DNA of 64,000 nt from the human T2T-CHM13v2.0 reference genome, Homo sapiens: assembly GCF_009914755.1 (NCBI RefSeq), contig NC_060930.1, one strand, 5' to 3'. The translations under genes and the position numbers were made by a program. Below the pieces are notes generated by a model. It worked only from the letters and a program-made list of their open reading frames with translations. It did no database searches and was not told the origin of the DNA. Each line of letters opens with the position of its first letter. The stretch's first letter is position 1. Shown in pieces: positions 1 to 14,699 of this stretch.

Positions 1-30
1 GATTACAGGCGTGAGCCACTGCGCCCGGCC
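1..30 (-). mobile_element. Alu 5' end (element extends off the left edge)
   Basis: gattacaggcgtgagccactgcgcccggcc is the reverse complement of the Alu 5' consensus. Confidence 0.9.
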
Positions 31-568
31 GAATCCCATTTCATCTTAACAATTCAATCCAATTGTGTGGACGCACACAGAGAGAACAGACCCTCTTATA
101 CAAGTTGCTTCTGCATTGTGGGGCCTATCATAGGAAAATCTGTGGGTGAGATCTTGCACCCAATTTTCTTGCAAATGATGTCTAAAAAACAAACTCCCCT
201 ATGAGGGCATCGTATCAGATAAAAATCTGACTAAATTGAAACTAATTCTTAATTAAGACTAAATCTTCCAACTCAGTCAGGTATATCACCCTGGGTCATT
301 CAAAATATTCTATATAGCTCATCAGGATTTTGATGGCCCTACATTCATTAAACGGGTAGAATGTTTAAGGGGAACAGTGACAGTCTGGGAAGACTGGAAA
401 TCACACTCTTATTTTAGAATGGTGGCAGGTCCTGTTACAGTCAATTCCCACTGTGACCAGCTTAATTCCCATGTTGGTTGAGCCAACATCCTTGTATAGA
501 TTAGGCCAGCCCTGTGTGATTTACAGGGGTGTCATGCATTGACAGACCTGCACTTTATAGCTCCTACT

Positions 569-737
569 TAGAATTATCATACCATTGATCATCCAAACTA
601 GGACATTGACAAGAAAAGATGGAGAACTGTTAATAATTAGGCCTGTAATAATTAGGACTGTAATAAATAGTTAATAATTAGGACTGTAAGTATAAACCAC
701 AGCTATCCCAGGCAAACCAGGATAGATGGTTACCCTA
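569..737. mobile_element. hAT-Blackjack MITE (MER94-like) with internal micro-duplications
   Basis: catccaaactaggaca…taaaccacagctatcccaggcaaaccaggatagatggttacccta terminal motif. Confidence 0.55.
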
Positions 738-1731
738 TTATTTGTCTTTGTCACCATTTTAAAAGGCCTTTCAAACCCCTTCCAAGTATAATCCTGTTAG
801 TTTCCTCCTACCAAAAGCCTATGATCAACAAAAACCAATGATAAAATGGAGTATGTGACTTTTGTCTTCCATGAGGACCACCATGGCTTTGCTTTCCACT
901 GACAATCGATGAAAACATCTGCCTTCTGGAAGACAAGAACACCTCTGGCTCTGTCTAGACCTCTAAAAGAGAACCATTTGCTATGGCCATAATGCTTCCA
1001 TCCCAGCTAATACCTGAGACATCATATAAAGGGCCTTATATTCCCAGTGCTATAAAGGGCACATCCAGTTTCTGGCAGAATAGGAGGGATAAGACCTGGA
1101 AAATCCATCACATCATCACTCCCATTATGTTCTGGAATATGTCACAGCCTTCCAGGGGGAAAACGTGGAGAAACCTCAGCTCCATAATTAGTTTAGCAGT
1201 GTATGCTCTACTCCCTTATACACTCAGAAATCATGCAGGAGGAAAGCCAGCACTCTCCACTTGCGCATAGCCTTAAATTTTTAAAATCTATTTTTCCAAA
1301 CGTATTTCTCACTTTAAACTCCATTTCAGTCTCCATTCTCTCTACTTCAATTCCAGGCCCTTCAGTGACTCTCACCCAGTTTTGTTGCTGGTTTGCTTGC
1401 TTCTAGTTTTTCTATCCTTATAGCTTCAACTTTGGTTCTGGTTTTCCCCCTGTAAACTTTACTCCCTCAATCATGAATCATGTTTCCTTTGAGAGCCTCA
1501 GATAACCTTGGGCACCTTTGACAGACATCTTTTGTGATTAACCTAGAATGGGTCCCCTTCTCTTGGCACCATGTATCAGGGACTACACAGACCCCCTTTG
1601 ATCAAGATCTCAATCTAGCCAACAATGACTTGCAATATCTTATACTATTTTTTGTCATTTCTTTTTGTAAATAGAGTTTATCTTTAAAGTGGCTTTTGCC
1701 ATTGATACATAATTTATTTTTATATTTCTAG

Positions 1732-1866
1732 ACTAATGTTTAAAAGCAAGTGCAAGTCTTTGGAATCTTATCCATGCTATCAAGATGAAGAAACTAAGAT
1801 TGCTTTTGCAGATTATACTGTGACTTATCAAGAACAGCCACCAAATTCTTGGTTTATAGTATTCAG
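1732..1866 (+). CDS. ADGB: Androglobin coding exon (~exon 24), 135 nt, phase 2-2
   Basis: ttctag|A CTA ATG TTT...GTA TTC AG|gtgagg; encodes LMFKSKCKSLESYPCYQDEETKIAFADYTVTYQEQPPNSWFIVF; in phase with the next exon. Confidence 0.93.
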
Positions 1867-2390
1867 GTGAGGTTGTTATATAGTGACAAATATGTCTCTA
1901 AATGGCTTGCAATATCTGTATTTATGAATATTTCTGATAGTAGTAAAGGTATTAGCTTCTGGGTTGCTTTCATAAGTTAGTTAAAATTCTTCCACACTTG
2001 GCATTTTAAATGAGATATTATAGAAATTTTTATCTATTCTTTTCATCAAAATATGAAGAATGTTTAGTAATTATTAGAAGCTTTTATGTTCATGATAAAA
2101 ATACTATAACAAATTAATATGCTTTTAGTATAGAAAAAGATCCTTTAATTTCTAAGCAATAGCATATTTGGTAAAAGTCACAAATTACTTATAAAATTGA
2201 TTTTTTAATAGAGTTTGCGTTTACTTGACAAAATAACATATTAATAGTAATTTTTAAAAGAAAATAATATGTGTGCCTTTTAGTTATTTGGAACTTTGGA
2301 TTTTTAAAAAAATTTCTTGGCATTAATGCAAATTTCAAACTTCCTTTAAGAATTCACATCAAGGGAAAGTTCATGCTTTTGTAATTACAG

Positions 2391-2544
2391 AGAAACATTT
2401 TTGGTTCATCAAGACATGATTTTGGTTCCCAAAGTATATACTACACTTCCAATCTGTATCCTACACATTGTTAATAATGACACAATGGAGCAAGTGCCAA
2501 AGGTGTTCCAAAAAGTGGTGCCTTATCTTTATACCAAGAATAAG
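2391..2544 (+). CDS. ADGB: Androglobin coding exon (~exon 25), 154 nt, phase 2-0
   Basis: ttacag|A GAA ACA TTT...AAT AAG|gtaggt; ETFLVHQDMILVPKVYTTLPICILHIVNNDTMEQVPKVFQKVVPYLYTKNK. Confidence 0.93.
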
Positions 2545-4046
2545 GTAGGTATAAAATTTATTCTCCACATATGATAGAATGGCAGTGAAAAGCTACCAGC
2601 TTGTAGAGGGTCCTGAAGGGAGGGTAGAGTTGTTTTTAATCTACTTAACAGACAAATAAGGCCCTGATCTTTCACTATAGAAGTCCCATATATTTAACAG
2701 TAGGAGATATTAAATGTAAGTGCTAAAGCATTCTTTACCTCTCAACGCTCTTTCTTCTTCTTCCGAAAGAAAATATGACAAAAAGAAAGCATTAGAAATT
2801 CTAATTATTGAAATTTAAGAAACATATAAATGCTTAAAATAGAAATGAATCTAAAGAGCTCCTTTAGCCTTATCCCAAAACCAAATCATATGATTATCTT
2901 TGTTTCCCACTGGGTTTTTATTCTACTCCTGTATATTTCAGAAAATTGTAGTTACATAGCCACCAACCATCACCACCTCATTTTGAGAGCTAAATAAATT
3001 GCTTTACCAGCCAGAGGTACTTGGGGACCTTACTGTGGCTAAATGATAGACCCTGATCTCTGACCTTCACTCAAACCACATTGCTTCTCTGTTTATTCAA
3101 ACCTCATATTTGTCTTTTCAGTCATTTCCTCTAAGAGAGAATCACAACAAATGATAATGTATACCTAGCTGGATATGAAGAGGGCTGTTTTAGCTCTGGT
3201 CTTCCTTTCTGCAGCTTTATGTCTTTAAACCTCTTCATTTTTCTTTTTGAGTTATGTCTGTACTTGACTTCTGAGATTCATTTCAGCCTATGATTCTATA
3301 CATTATTTTGTGTAAATTAGAACATACTTATCTCATGAATACTGCTTTTGTATAAATGAAGGATACATTTAAAAATGTATTAACTCCATAAAAATCCTAA
3401 TAGCTCTTTCATGCTGTCTTAGAGATTTTAGGAAACATTTTAAAAATAAGGGCAATTAAATTTTCGATGAAATTACTTAACCCCATTGATACATATGTGT
3501 GTATATGTGTATATTATATACATATATAATCTGTTTTCTTGAAAGATTTTTTACCATTTTATTATAATTAGAAGTTGTATATGTTTCATTAAACCCTTAG
3601 CATATTTTTCTATCATTTTTAATAAGACAGATTTTTTATATTACAATCAGATTTTATTAAATTTGATATTATCAAATTGTAACTTAAGCTTAAATTATTT
3701 TTATTTTGCATTAAATTTGGCAAATTTAACATTTACATTTTATAAGCAAATCTGATAAACATCAGTATTTTTGTGCAGTTATCTATATTTGGAATTATAC
3801 ACCTAAGCATAATTTTTAAAAACTCACTTGATTAAAGTCAATGCATCAATATATTATTTTTACTTATTGTTTTTGTTAATTACCTTGAAAGGGCATTTAC
3901 ATATCACTTAAAAACAGAATACTTTGCTAATAAAAATTCAATTCCTGTACATCAGACATGTATTTACAAACTTTATTTGACCCACACAATTTCCTTTTAT
4001 ACTATATTTATTCTTCCCCATGTTCTAATAAATGATATCTCTAAAC

Positions 4047-4266
4047 CAAGCTTGTCCAACCTGCGGCCCATAGGCTGCGTGCTGCCCAGGGTGACTTTAA
4101 ATATATCCCAACACAAATTCGTAAACTTTCTTAAAACACTATGAGATATTTTTGTGATTCTTTTTTTTTTAAGCTTCTGAGTTTAGTTAGTGTTAGTGCA
4201 TTTTATGCATGGCCCAAGACAATTCTTCCACTGTGGCCCAGGGAAGCCAAATATTGGAAACCCCTC
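4047..4266. mobile_element. MER30-like hAT-Charlie MITE with 8-bp TSD
   Basis: TSD ctctaaac at 4039-4046 and 4267-4274; internal ccaacacaaattcgtaaactttcttaaaaca, tggcccaagacaattctt. Confidence 0.85.
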
Positions 4267-4903
4267 CTCTAAACCTGACCTTTCTGCAGCAGAATGCCTT
4301 GGGTTAAACCAAACTACAGAGCTAGTTCTTCACGAACAAATTTGTCCACACACCAGTAGATGATTTTTTGAATGTTTGTTTTTAAAGTTTGAGTTAGACT
4401 TCCTTTTGAATAGAAACAGTTTATTTAATTTGTGATTAGAATTCAAAAGTCACAAAGATTAAGAGGAAGAAGATGATTTAATTTAAAGGGAGACTATCAA
4501 GGTTATAGATGTCATCAAATTCTAGCAATGAATTTTGTATTACTAGATAAATATACTAATGCTAGTCTTGAATACTTCATTTTGGAAGAGACCTTTAAAG
4601 AATATTTGGTTGAACCAAGTACGAATCTGATTATTATTTACATCTAGCATACCTCCTTGGGTTGGGATGGGTTTGGTTTTTGTTTTAGAAACTCCATTGT
4701 AGACATCCCTCTCTAGATTAAACTTGAATTTTTCGGATAGTTCTAAGTGATACATTTTGAGTCAACGTTCAGAAGAACATTCCAGCTCCACTTAACTATT
4801 ATTTTTAAGTTGTAAATTGAGATTGCAGCAAACATACTTCCTGTCTCATATTTTATCTCTTCTGCCCTCTCACTCTAGCCAGCTCTGTTTAGAAAAAAAG
4901 TTA

Positions 4904-5230
<327 letters not shown>

Positions 5231-7194
5231 TCAAGCTGTGTGAATAGAAAAAGAGCTTAATTGGACCCTTTTGTGCTGCAGTTTTCCTCTCTTCATAATT
5301 CTTGATCTTTGAACATTTATCCAAACAACCTTTGTCCCTGCTAAAATGTGGTTCCCAGAACTGAATGCTGCCTCTGAAAGTAATTCTGACCCACAAAACA
5401 TAAAGAGGTTCATTGCTCCATTGTTTTGTACCCTGTGATTGCATCAGTCTTTGGGTACCTACAAGGCATGTTGATATGGTGGACTCAAGAGACACCTCAA
5501 GAGAGAACATCTTTGGCCGACTAGATAATGTCTAAAACTGTATTGAGCAGTTGTATAACTTAGCAATCTTAGGTGGGAATTTTGTGGCTAATTCTGCCCA
5601 GCAGGCTCATCCAGAGGCATCCTGACCCATACGAAATTCACCAGAGGCCTTGACATATGCCTGCCCGAAATTCATAAACACCATGTATGCAACTTTTACC
5701 TGATGTTGTGTCTTCTAATCTTATGAAAAAAGTAAATAAGTTTTGTTTCCAATAAACTCATGCTGGCTTTAAGAATAGGTTTTATCTTTGAGGTTCACAT
5801 GAGACATGCTTTTTATGAGCTGCGGCAGAACTTTGATAAGCACTATTATTAAACTTACTAATCTGTGGTTTGCAGAGTATATATTCTTCTTAAGTTTGAA
5901 AAATCAGAATTGTTTGCTCTATTTTTTTTCATAAATACTCAAGACCATACACTGTAATTCAGAATACTAGTCTGTGGGATTCCTCGATACTCAGTACTCG
6001 ATTATATAAATGTTTTACTACTGAATCCATTTAGAATAGCCAAGTTCTGTCCTATAATCCTATCACTGATTTAGCTTTGGATTTTCACTTACCAATATCT
6101 AATCCCACCATTTAATAACTTTTTCCTTTATAATCATTCTGAGTCTGAGCAAAAACAAAATAATTTTGCTTTGCCTCTTTAATTCAGTAGTACAATGAAC
6201 TCAAATAATAATAAAAATATCAATACATATGTGCATTACCCTTTGCCAGTAAAAATGCTTTATTATACATTTTTTTTACTTGCCCCAAACATGATGTCAT
6301 AAAGTCCTTACTGGTGTTGCAATTCTCATCTCATTATGGGGACTGGAATTCCAGCTAATATTTCTAGATGTGTATGAAACTTTTAAAAAATTCATTCTGG
6401 CTTATATATATCTAATTTTTACTTCTGGAAATCTAAACATACCAGAGAGCTATTTGTGGGCAGAGTACAGCTGGAAGACAAATCTATCTTTTTATTCTTT
6501 ATTAGGGGCATCTGGAATTATAATCTCAGAATTACTTTGAACATTTGCATCTATTATGATATCATGCTTTTGATTCACTGACTTTTTAGTCAGCTATCCA
6601 ATTATGTTAAACCAAGCTCTTCCCCATCATAAAGTAAGCCATTCCCAGGCTCTTGAGCTGCTCCTTTTCTGCAATCTAAAGAGCTCATCCTCAATCACAC
6701 ATCTGGGTTCTGTGGAATCAAATCAGCTATTAATTTTACAGTTTTACCTGTCATGTCAACAGAATACATTTCTTTGAACTCTTCTGCTTTTCTTACTTCA
6801 GTATTCCAGAAAGATAGATCTGGGTTACAGGAAAATCAAGTAAGAAGCTTTTGGGCTACTCTGGGATGGTGCAATGATAAAAATCTGCCATGGGAGGCAT
6901 TAGAAGAATTAGAAGAGGACATAGTAATCATCTATTGTAGTTAAGCACTTTATTTTATAGTTAAGGAACCACACAAAGGAAAATATCAGAGTTTATTATT
7001 TTCCTGAAAACTTTGTAGGATAGTGCTTTCTAAGAGAAATTCCAAACATAATCCTAGTGATTCTATGTTTATTAAGAGATCTTGGGACCTGTAGGTATAT
7101 CATAATAATAAGACATTTAGCACTATTAGATATTGTACATTCGATAGAATAATAACGACATAATTCATTTCTGTGTAATTTGTCTTTCTTATAG

Positions 7195-7382
7195 AAGGGA
7201 TACACTTTTGTGGCGGAAGCATTTACAGGCGACACATATGTAGCAGCCTCACGATGGAAACTGCGTCTCATCGGTTCTTCTGCTCCACTGCCATGCCTCT
7301 CTCGAGACTCTCCATGCAATTCCTTTGCCATAAAGGAAATCCGAGATTACTACATACCCAATGATAAGAAAATTTTATTCAG
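7195..7382 (+). CDS. ADGB: Androglobin coding exon (~exon 26), 188 nt, phase 0-2
   Basis: tcttatag|AAG GGA TAC...TTA TTC AG|gtacaa; KGYTFVAEAFTGDTYVAASRWKLRLIGSSAPLPCLSRDSPCNSFAIKEIRDYYIPNDKKILF (matches ORF track 7210..7392). Confidence 0.94.
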
Positions 7383-9056
7383 GTACAAGTAAATGACAGA
7401 AGGGGAAAGGCATTTTTTAAAAAATATTAATATTTTAGGATAAAAATAAATTCTGCAGTAAAATCCTGAGTCGGTTTTGAATTTCAAATTCCATATTCTT
7501 TTTGGAAACAATTAATTGAGTGTGATGTGATTATGTGGGTGTTACGTAAGATTAAGCCTGTATGGCTACATATAATGGTAGTGAGATTTCCCTAAGTCTT
7601 CATCCTACTTGACTTTGATTAAAGATTCTTCATGACATGGCTTCCTCTTACTATTTTCTTCTTCTTCTGCTCCATCTCTGGCTAGTATTTTGTGGGGGTT
7701 TAATCAACCAACTCAGCCTTCTTTTTATGTTCATCTATGTGCAGTGTTCTCCTTAAATAGCCTAATCATAGATTCCACTCTCTTTCATTAATCAGTCTTC
7801 AATGTCCCTGCACTATTTCCAGCCCTCATTATCTTCAGTCTATACAATTGTTTTGTTTCTGGAATCCATGACTCTACTATATTCCCTTTTCTGCACTTAA
7901 TCAGTTTTTTCTCATTCTCCCTATCCATTTACATACTCATCCTTTACTTCCACAGTAATTGCCTTTCAACCACACATATTTAAATATGTGATTCTCCTGC
8001 TTTTAAACCTTTGATAACGTTCCATTGACTACAGATAAACTCCGAAGCACATAGCATGTTATTTAGCATTCTTGAACAGATGCCTAACACAGTGTGCTCT
8101 CCTGATGGAACTAACAACCACCTCCTGATATATATGCCCAGAAATTTTATTTTGCTCGAGCATTTCCTCTTGTCCCATGTGTCCTGTCCCCACCTCTCCA
8201 CTTAAAAAAAAATCATCACCTTTAATGATAATTTTCAATAGTAAACTTTGTGCTTAAACCTTCAAATATAATTAGTTGGCTCTGGTCATGTTCCTATAGT
8301 CCTTTGTTCTCTCTGAGACTGTGACATATCAAATTTTATCTAGTTAATTTCACATTGGCCACTGTGAGAATCAACATTGATTGAAGGCAAGAATCATTTA
8401 TTTTCAATATAGGACCTAACACAGTGCCTGATACATAATTGGCCTCCATTAACAATGTGTTGTTATTCAACGAGTTGTTGGAATACTTATCTTCTCTTTT
8501 TAATATACACTTCTCTGCACAGAAAATTTGGAAAATATGTGTATTCCCCAGAAGGAAAGAAACACACCAATAACTAAAAATAGCAATTGTGATAAAATAT
8601 TTTAACTACTATGATAGAAAACTATCGTATCACATGGCAGGGCCACTAATAGTCTAAAAAGTGAAATTTAACCTACTACCTAAATTACTCCCAGAAGCTG
8701 GTATTAAAGTCATCAAGCTGAGTGGTGAGGAAGGTGAAGAGGGAGCTGCTTAGGTAGCATAAGTGAAAGTTCATAAATTAAAGGATATACAACCTTTTCT
8801 GGAAACTCAAGACATTGTTTTGTTTGCAAAGTTGGGTTTTGGCATGCTATAGTAAGTAGTAAGACCAGAAAGTCAGCAAAAGCTTTCTGAGAAGAGCCTC
8901 ACTGGACAAGAAGTATGGATTTTTACATTAGGAGCAAGGGGACTCTTTAAAGGATTTTAAGAAACATTATCAGACTTGTGTTAAAAATTATGTCGCATAG
9001 CATGAATTTTTAAAAATATATATATGCATGTGTATATACATATATATATATATGTA

Positions 9057-9356
9057 TTTTTTTTTTTTTGAGACAGAGTCTCACTCTGTCACCCAGGCTG
9101 TATGTAGTACAGCGGCACGATCTTGGCTCATTGCAACCTCTGCCTCCCGGGTTCAAGTGATTCTCAAGCCTCAGCCTCCCAAGTAGCTGGGATTACAGGT
9201 GCATGCCACCAAGCCTAGTTAATTTTTGTATTTTTTGTAGAGATCAGGTCTCACCATGTTGTCCAGGCTAGTCTCAAACTCCTGGCCTCAAGTGAGGCCA
9301 CCTGTCTCAGCCTCCCAAAGTCCTGGGATTACAGATGTGAGCAACTGCGCCCAGCC
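9057..9356 (-). mobile_element. Alu with adjacent (TA)n
   Basis: T-run + gagacagagtctcactctg…gcgcccagcc. Confidence 0.93.
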
Positions 9357-9574
9357 CATTAATTATATTTTATAACAGAAAATATGTTAGAACTATATTA
9401 TTTTAAAATTATATTTAATCATAAAAGACGTGGAATATGGAAAAAAAAACTTCACTCAAGGCAGCAGTGTGTTGAATGAATGGAAGGGGAGCATAACCAG
9501 AGGGAGGGAAACCAGGTAAAAGCTTTGAAATAAACCAGAAGTGAGATTATGGCAGTCTGAATTAGGGCAGCATA

Positions 9575-10336
<762 letters not shown>

Positions 10337-10906
10337 GGCAGTGACAGTGAATCTGGAGAGAAGAAAAAGGATTTTAAGATATTGAGGTAAAATTGACAGC
10401 CTTGCTGGAGTTCTAGAGTTTGGCTTGGAAAATGTTTGGATGATGTCATTTACTTAGATAGAGGGGAGAAGCTCATTTGCAAGGTGGGCCATAGGAAGAC
10501 AACTGATTCCTTTTTAGTTTTTAAATGTGGTGGTCTAGTGAAATAGCCAAGTGATACTGCATAGGTAGTTCCACTGCAGACATTGATTTGGGAGTCATTA
10601 TTCTGTTACTGCTCATGGAAGTGCCCAGGAAAGTTTGCAAAATGAGAATCAGACCTAGGACAGAATATGAAGACTCTCTGATGTTTGTGGGAATGTCTGT
10701 CAATGGAAGCAAAGCAGCCCCCAAACAGGAGGGAAAGTACAAAAGTTGCTGTGCTCATAGTGGAAGAGTTTTTAAAGGAGGAGGAAATCAGGGTCCAGTC
10801 AACACTGTCAAGTTCTCCTGAGAGGTAAAAGAAGATGAGAACTGAAGTTTCTATAGGATGGTGACAAACTCCTTGAAACCTTGGCAAGAGTAGCTTTAGC
10901 ACCTGG

Positions 10907-11296
10907 TGTGTTAGTCCGTTCTCACACTGCTATAAAGACATACCTGAGACTCAGTAATTTATGGAGAAAAGAGGTTTAAGTGACTCACAGTTCTACAGTA
11001 TGTACAGGAGGCATGGCTGGAGAAGCCTCAGGAATCTTACAATCATGGCAGAAGACGAAAAGGAAGCAGGAAGAGTCTTCACATGGCAGAGCAGGAGAGA
11101 GAGAGAGAGAGAGAAGGGGGAAGTGCTATACACTTTCAAACAACCAGATCTCATGAGAACTCACTCACTATCATGAGGACAGCAAGGGGAATTCCATCCC
11201 CATGATCCAATCACCTCCTACCAGGCTGCTCCTCCAACCCTGATTATCATAATTCAACATGAGATTTGGGTGGGGACACAGAGCCAAACCATATCA
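10907..11296 (-). mobile_element. MSTA/THE1D-like solo LTR
   Basis: tgtgttagtccgttctcacactgctataaag…gggacacagagccaaaccatatca. Confidence 0.88.
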
Positions 11297-11549
11297 CCGG
11301 TGTTGCTGATGGAGTAGGCACGTGGAAGGTGGTAAGATAAGGAGAGTTGTCTGCTTCCACTCTTCTCAGGTGCTGAGCTGGGAAGTTGGAAATGCAGTAG
11401 AGGCTGGACTGCAAAGTGGGCTGAAAGTTTTGTTGGTTTGTTTTTTGCTTTGTTTTAATCTATTTTAAAGATAGGAGAGAACTGTACTTATGCACAAACT
11501 AATTTCAAGGAGGAATAAAGAGTGGGGTTTATTTAAGATACAGGAGAGG

Positions 11550-11805
11550 GGCCAGGTAAGTGGCTCATACCTGTAATCCCAGTACTTTACAAGGCTGAGG
11601 CAGGAGGATTGCTTGAGCCCAGGAGTTTAAGAACAGCCTGGGTTAACATAGTGAGATCCTGTCTCTACAAAAAATAAAAATTTAGTTGAGCATGGTGGTG
11701 CATACCTGTAGTCCCAGCTATATTGGAGTCTGACGCGGAAATATCACTTGAGCCCAGGAGTTTGAGGTGCAGTGAGTCATGATTGCACCACTGCACTCCA
11801 GCCTG
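11550..11805 (+). mobile_element. AluJ-like, 3'-truncated
   Basis: ggccaggtaagtggctcatacctgtaatccc…cactgcactccagcctg. Confidence 0.88.
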
Positions 11806-12239
11806 TGTGAACTTTTCCATATATATAGAGAGAAAAAAGTGTTGTCTTTTAGTGTCGTCATATATATGAGAGACATGATACTCAGAAAAGCAAATTTCTA
11901 GAGAAATTAAAAGTTGATAGAGTCCTAAGCATTTGTGAGGAATCACCTAAAATAAGAACAAAAAGCCAACTCTTTAATTGCATTAAAAGGGGAGCGGGAA
12001 AGAATGGATTAGACTGCATGTTTCCAGTCTTTTTGCAAGAGGTTTCCAAACTATTGGTGAGGGGTGAAGGTGGAAGCTAATTTCTCTGTATTTTTGTGAT
12101 TCACAGAAAATGCTATTATCAGTGAAGCTCCAAAGGCTTCTGCCAGGAGTGCTTTTTGTGTAATAGAGAGGGTTGACGTGGCAGTAGTTTGCAGATCTAT
12201 TAAGAGGTTTGGTGGCTTTTAGGGCTATCAAGTTTTATA

Positions 12240-13078
12240 TTTGTTTATTTATTTTTATTAAGTTCTGGTGTACCTGTGCAAGATGTGCAGGTTTGTTACA
12301 TAGGTAAACATGTGCCATGGTGGTTTGCTGCACCTATCAAACCCATTACCTAGGTATTAAGCTCAGCATGCATTAGCTCTTTTACCTGTTGCTCTCCCAC
12401 CCCCCACCCTCCCGCAACATGCCCTAGAGTAAGTGTTGTTCCCCTCCCTGTGTCCATGTGTTCTCATTGTTCAGCTCCCACTTATAAGTGAGAATATGCA
12501 GTGTTTGGTTTTCTGCTCCTGCATTAGTTTGCTGAGGATAATGGCTTCCAGCTTCGTCTATGTGCCTGCAAAGGACATGATCTCATTCCTTTTTATGGCT
12601 GCATAGTATTCCATGGTGCATATGTACCATATTTTCTTTATCCAGTCTATCATTGATGTGTGTTTGGGTTAATTCCATGTCTTTGCTGTTGTGAATAGTG
12701 CTGCGGTGAACATATGCATGCATGTATCTTTATAATAGAATGATTTATGTTTCTCTGGGTATATACCCAGTAATGGGATTGCTGGGTCAAATGGTATTTC
12801 TGGTTCTAAATCTTTGAGGATCACCACACTGTCTTCCACAATGATTGAACTAATTTACATTCTCACCAACGGTGTAAAAGAGTTTCCATTTCTCTGCAAC
12901 CTCACCAGCATCTATCGTTTCCTGACCTTAATAATCATCATTCTGACTGGCATGAGATGGTATCTCATTGTGGTTTTGATTCACATTTCTCTAATGATCA
13001 GTGATGTTGAGCTATCTTTTATGTGTTTGTTGGCCACATGTATGTCATTTTTTGAGAAGCGTCTGTTTATATCCTTTG
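12240..13078 (-). mobile_element. 5'-truncated L1PA (ORF2 end + 3'UTR) with 20-bp TSD
   Basis: TSD tagggctatcaagttttata at 12220-12239 and 13079-13098; gtgcaggtttgttacataggtaaacatgtgccatgg 3'UTR motif. Confidence 0.93.
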
Positions 13079-13312
13079 TAGGGCTATCAAGTTTTATAAG
13101 TGACTGCTTATTACATCTAAACAAAAAGTTATATTTTTTATATCTAGGATTTGATGATAATAAAAGTTCTATTTCCTTTTGTTTTACAGTACTATATTGG
13201 GATCCTTTGCCAAAGTCTCTAATAACTCCAGTATTTTCAGGATGTTAGTGAACTTTAAAAAGTAGTTTTACTTTTAGGTTATCATATCAGAAAATTAGAC
13301 AGTTTTCCTTAC

Positions 13313-13740
13313 TGTCTTAGTCTGTTCTTGCATTGCTATAAAGAAATACCTGAGACTGGGTAATTTCTGAAGAAAAGAGGTTTAATTGGCTCATGGTTCT
13401 GCAGGCTGTACAGGAAGCATAATGCTGGCATCTGCTCAGTGTCTAGGGAGGCCTCAGGAAGCTTCCAATCATGGCAGAAGAGGAATGGGGAGCAGGTACA
13501 TCACATGGCCAGAGCAGGAGTAAGAGAGAGAGAAAGGGGGAGGGGGACACATGTTTAAACAACCAGATCTCATGACAACTCACTCACTGTCATGTGAATG
13601 GCACCAAGTAGATGGTGCTAAACTATTCGTGAGAAACCTGTCCCCAAGATCCAATTACCTCTCACCAGGCCCCACCTCAAACAGTGAGGGTCACAGTTTG
13701 ACAGCAGATTTGGGCAGGGACATATATCCAAACTATCTCA
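13313..13740 (-). mobile_element. MSTA solo LTR with 5-bp TSD
   Basis: TG…CA ends; TSD cttac at 13308-13312 and 13741-13745. Confidence 0.9.
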
Positions 13741-13802
13741 CTTACTGACTTGAGAGAAAGACCAACATACTTGCTTATAATGTTAACTTTTTTTCTTTAC
13801 AG

Positions 13803-13987
13803 GTATTCGGTTAAAGTTCTAACACCACAACCTGCTACAATACAGGTACGCACATCCAAACCAGATGCATTCATCAAGCTGCAGGTCCTAGAAAATGAAG
13901 AAACTATGGTGAGCTCCACTGGAAAAGGCCAAGCTATAATCCCAGCATTTCACTTCTTGAAGAGTGAGAAAGGTTTGAGCTCCCAGT
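13803..13987 (+). CDS. ADGB: Androglobin coding exon (~exon 27), 185 nt, phase 2-1
   Basis: tttacag|G TAT TCG GTT...TCC CAG T|gtaagt; YSVKVLTPQPATIQVRTSKPDAFIKLQVLENEETMVSSTGKGQAIIPAFHFLKSEKGLSSQ. Confidence 0.95.
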
Positions 13988-14699
13988 GTAAGTGTACCTT
14001 TATGAACAGGATAGTTAGATTCATAAATGGATATTTATGTTTTCATGACACTTTAAAAATGAAAATAAAGTAGCAAGTAACCACTTAAATTATGAAACTT
14101 CATAGTACAGTAAAATATTACAAGTATAGCATTTGCATGTCAAATTAGGCTCCGAAAATCATTATAGGTTTATTTTAAAGCCTTTTCATCTTGGAGAAAA
14201 ATTTACTTTCCTATTATATGAGCCTTCTTAATAAGAAGTCAAATTTTTATTATTTTGAAAGAATATTTTTACTTTTTTAAATTCGTAATTCATTATTTTC
14301 AGAAAATATTGTACTTACTAAAATTAACAAAAACTAAAGTTACTACTTGCAATATATTATTCTCAATGAGTTATTAAATAAATAAAATAATTTTGGAAAT
14401 AATGGTTAGCAGTGCTACTCTGAGGTGTATTACGTAGTTATGTTAGTAACTTGATTCTGACTGTAAAAATCACACATTACCAATGTAGCATATTTGGAAA
14501 AATAGAAAATTACAAACAAGGGAACAAGAAATGCCTTATAATCGTGCTACTCAGAAAAAAAGTTAATATTTTAGCTTTTTTGCCAAAACACACTAAATAT
14601 TTTGGCTTTTATGCCTTCATTCTCCGTTTTTGCACTTAGATTTTAAGCAAAACTGAGTTCTTACCTATTTTGCCCATTGATATTTCTTCTTTCTTAAAA

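Noticed and set aside
983-1406. Overlapping short ORFs upstream of the first exon
   Set aside because: No homology recognised and no phase-compatible splice sites linking them to the ADGB frame
12814-13248. 144-aa ORF, and the 169-aa ORF at 24195-24704
   Set aside because: Both overlap antisense L1 sequence; chance open frames with no recognisable domain
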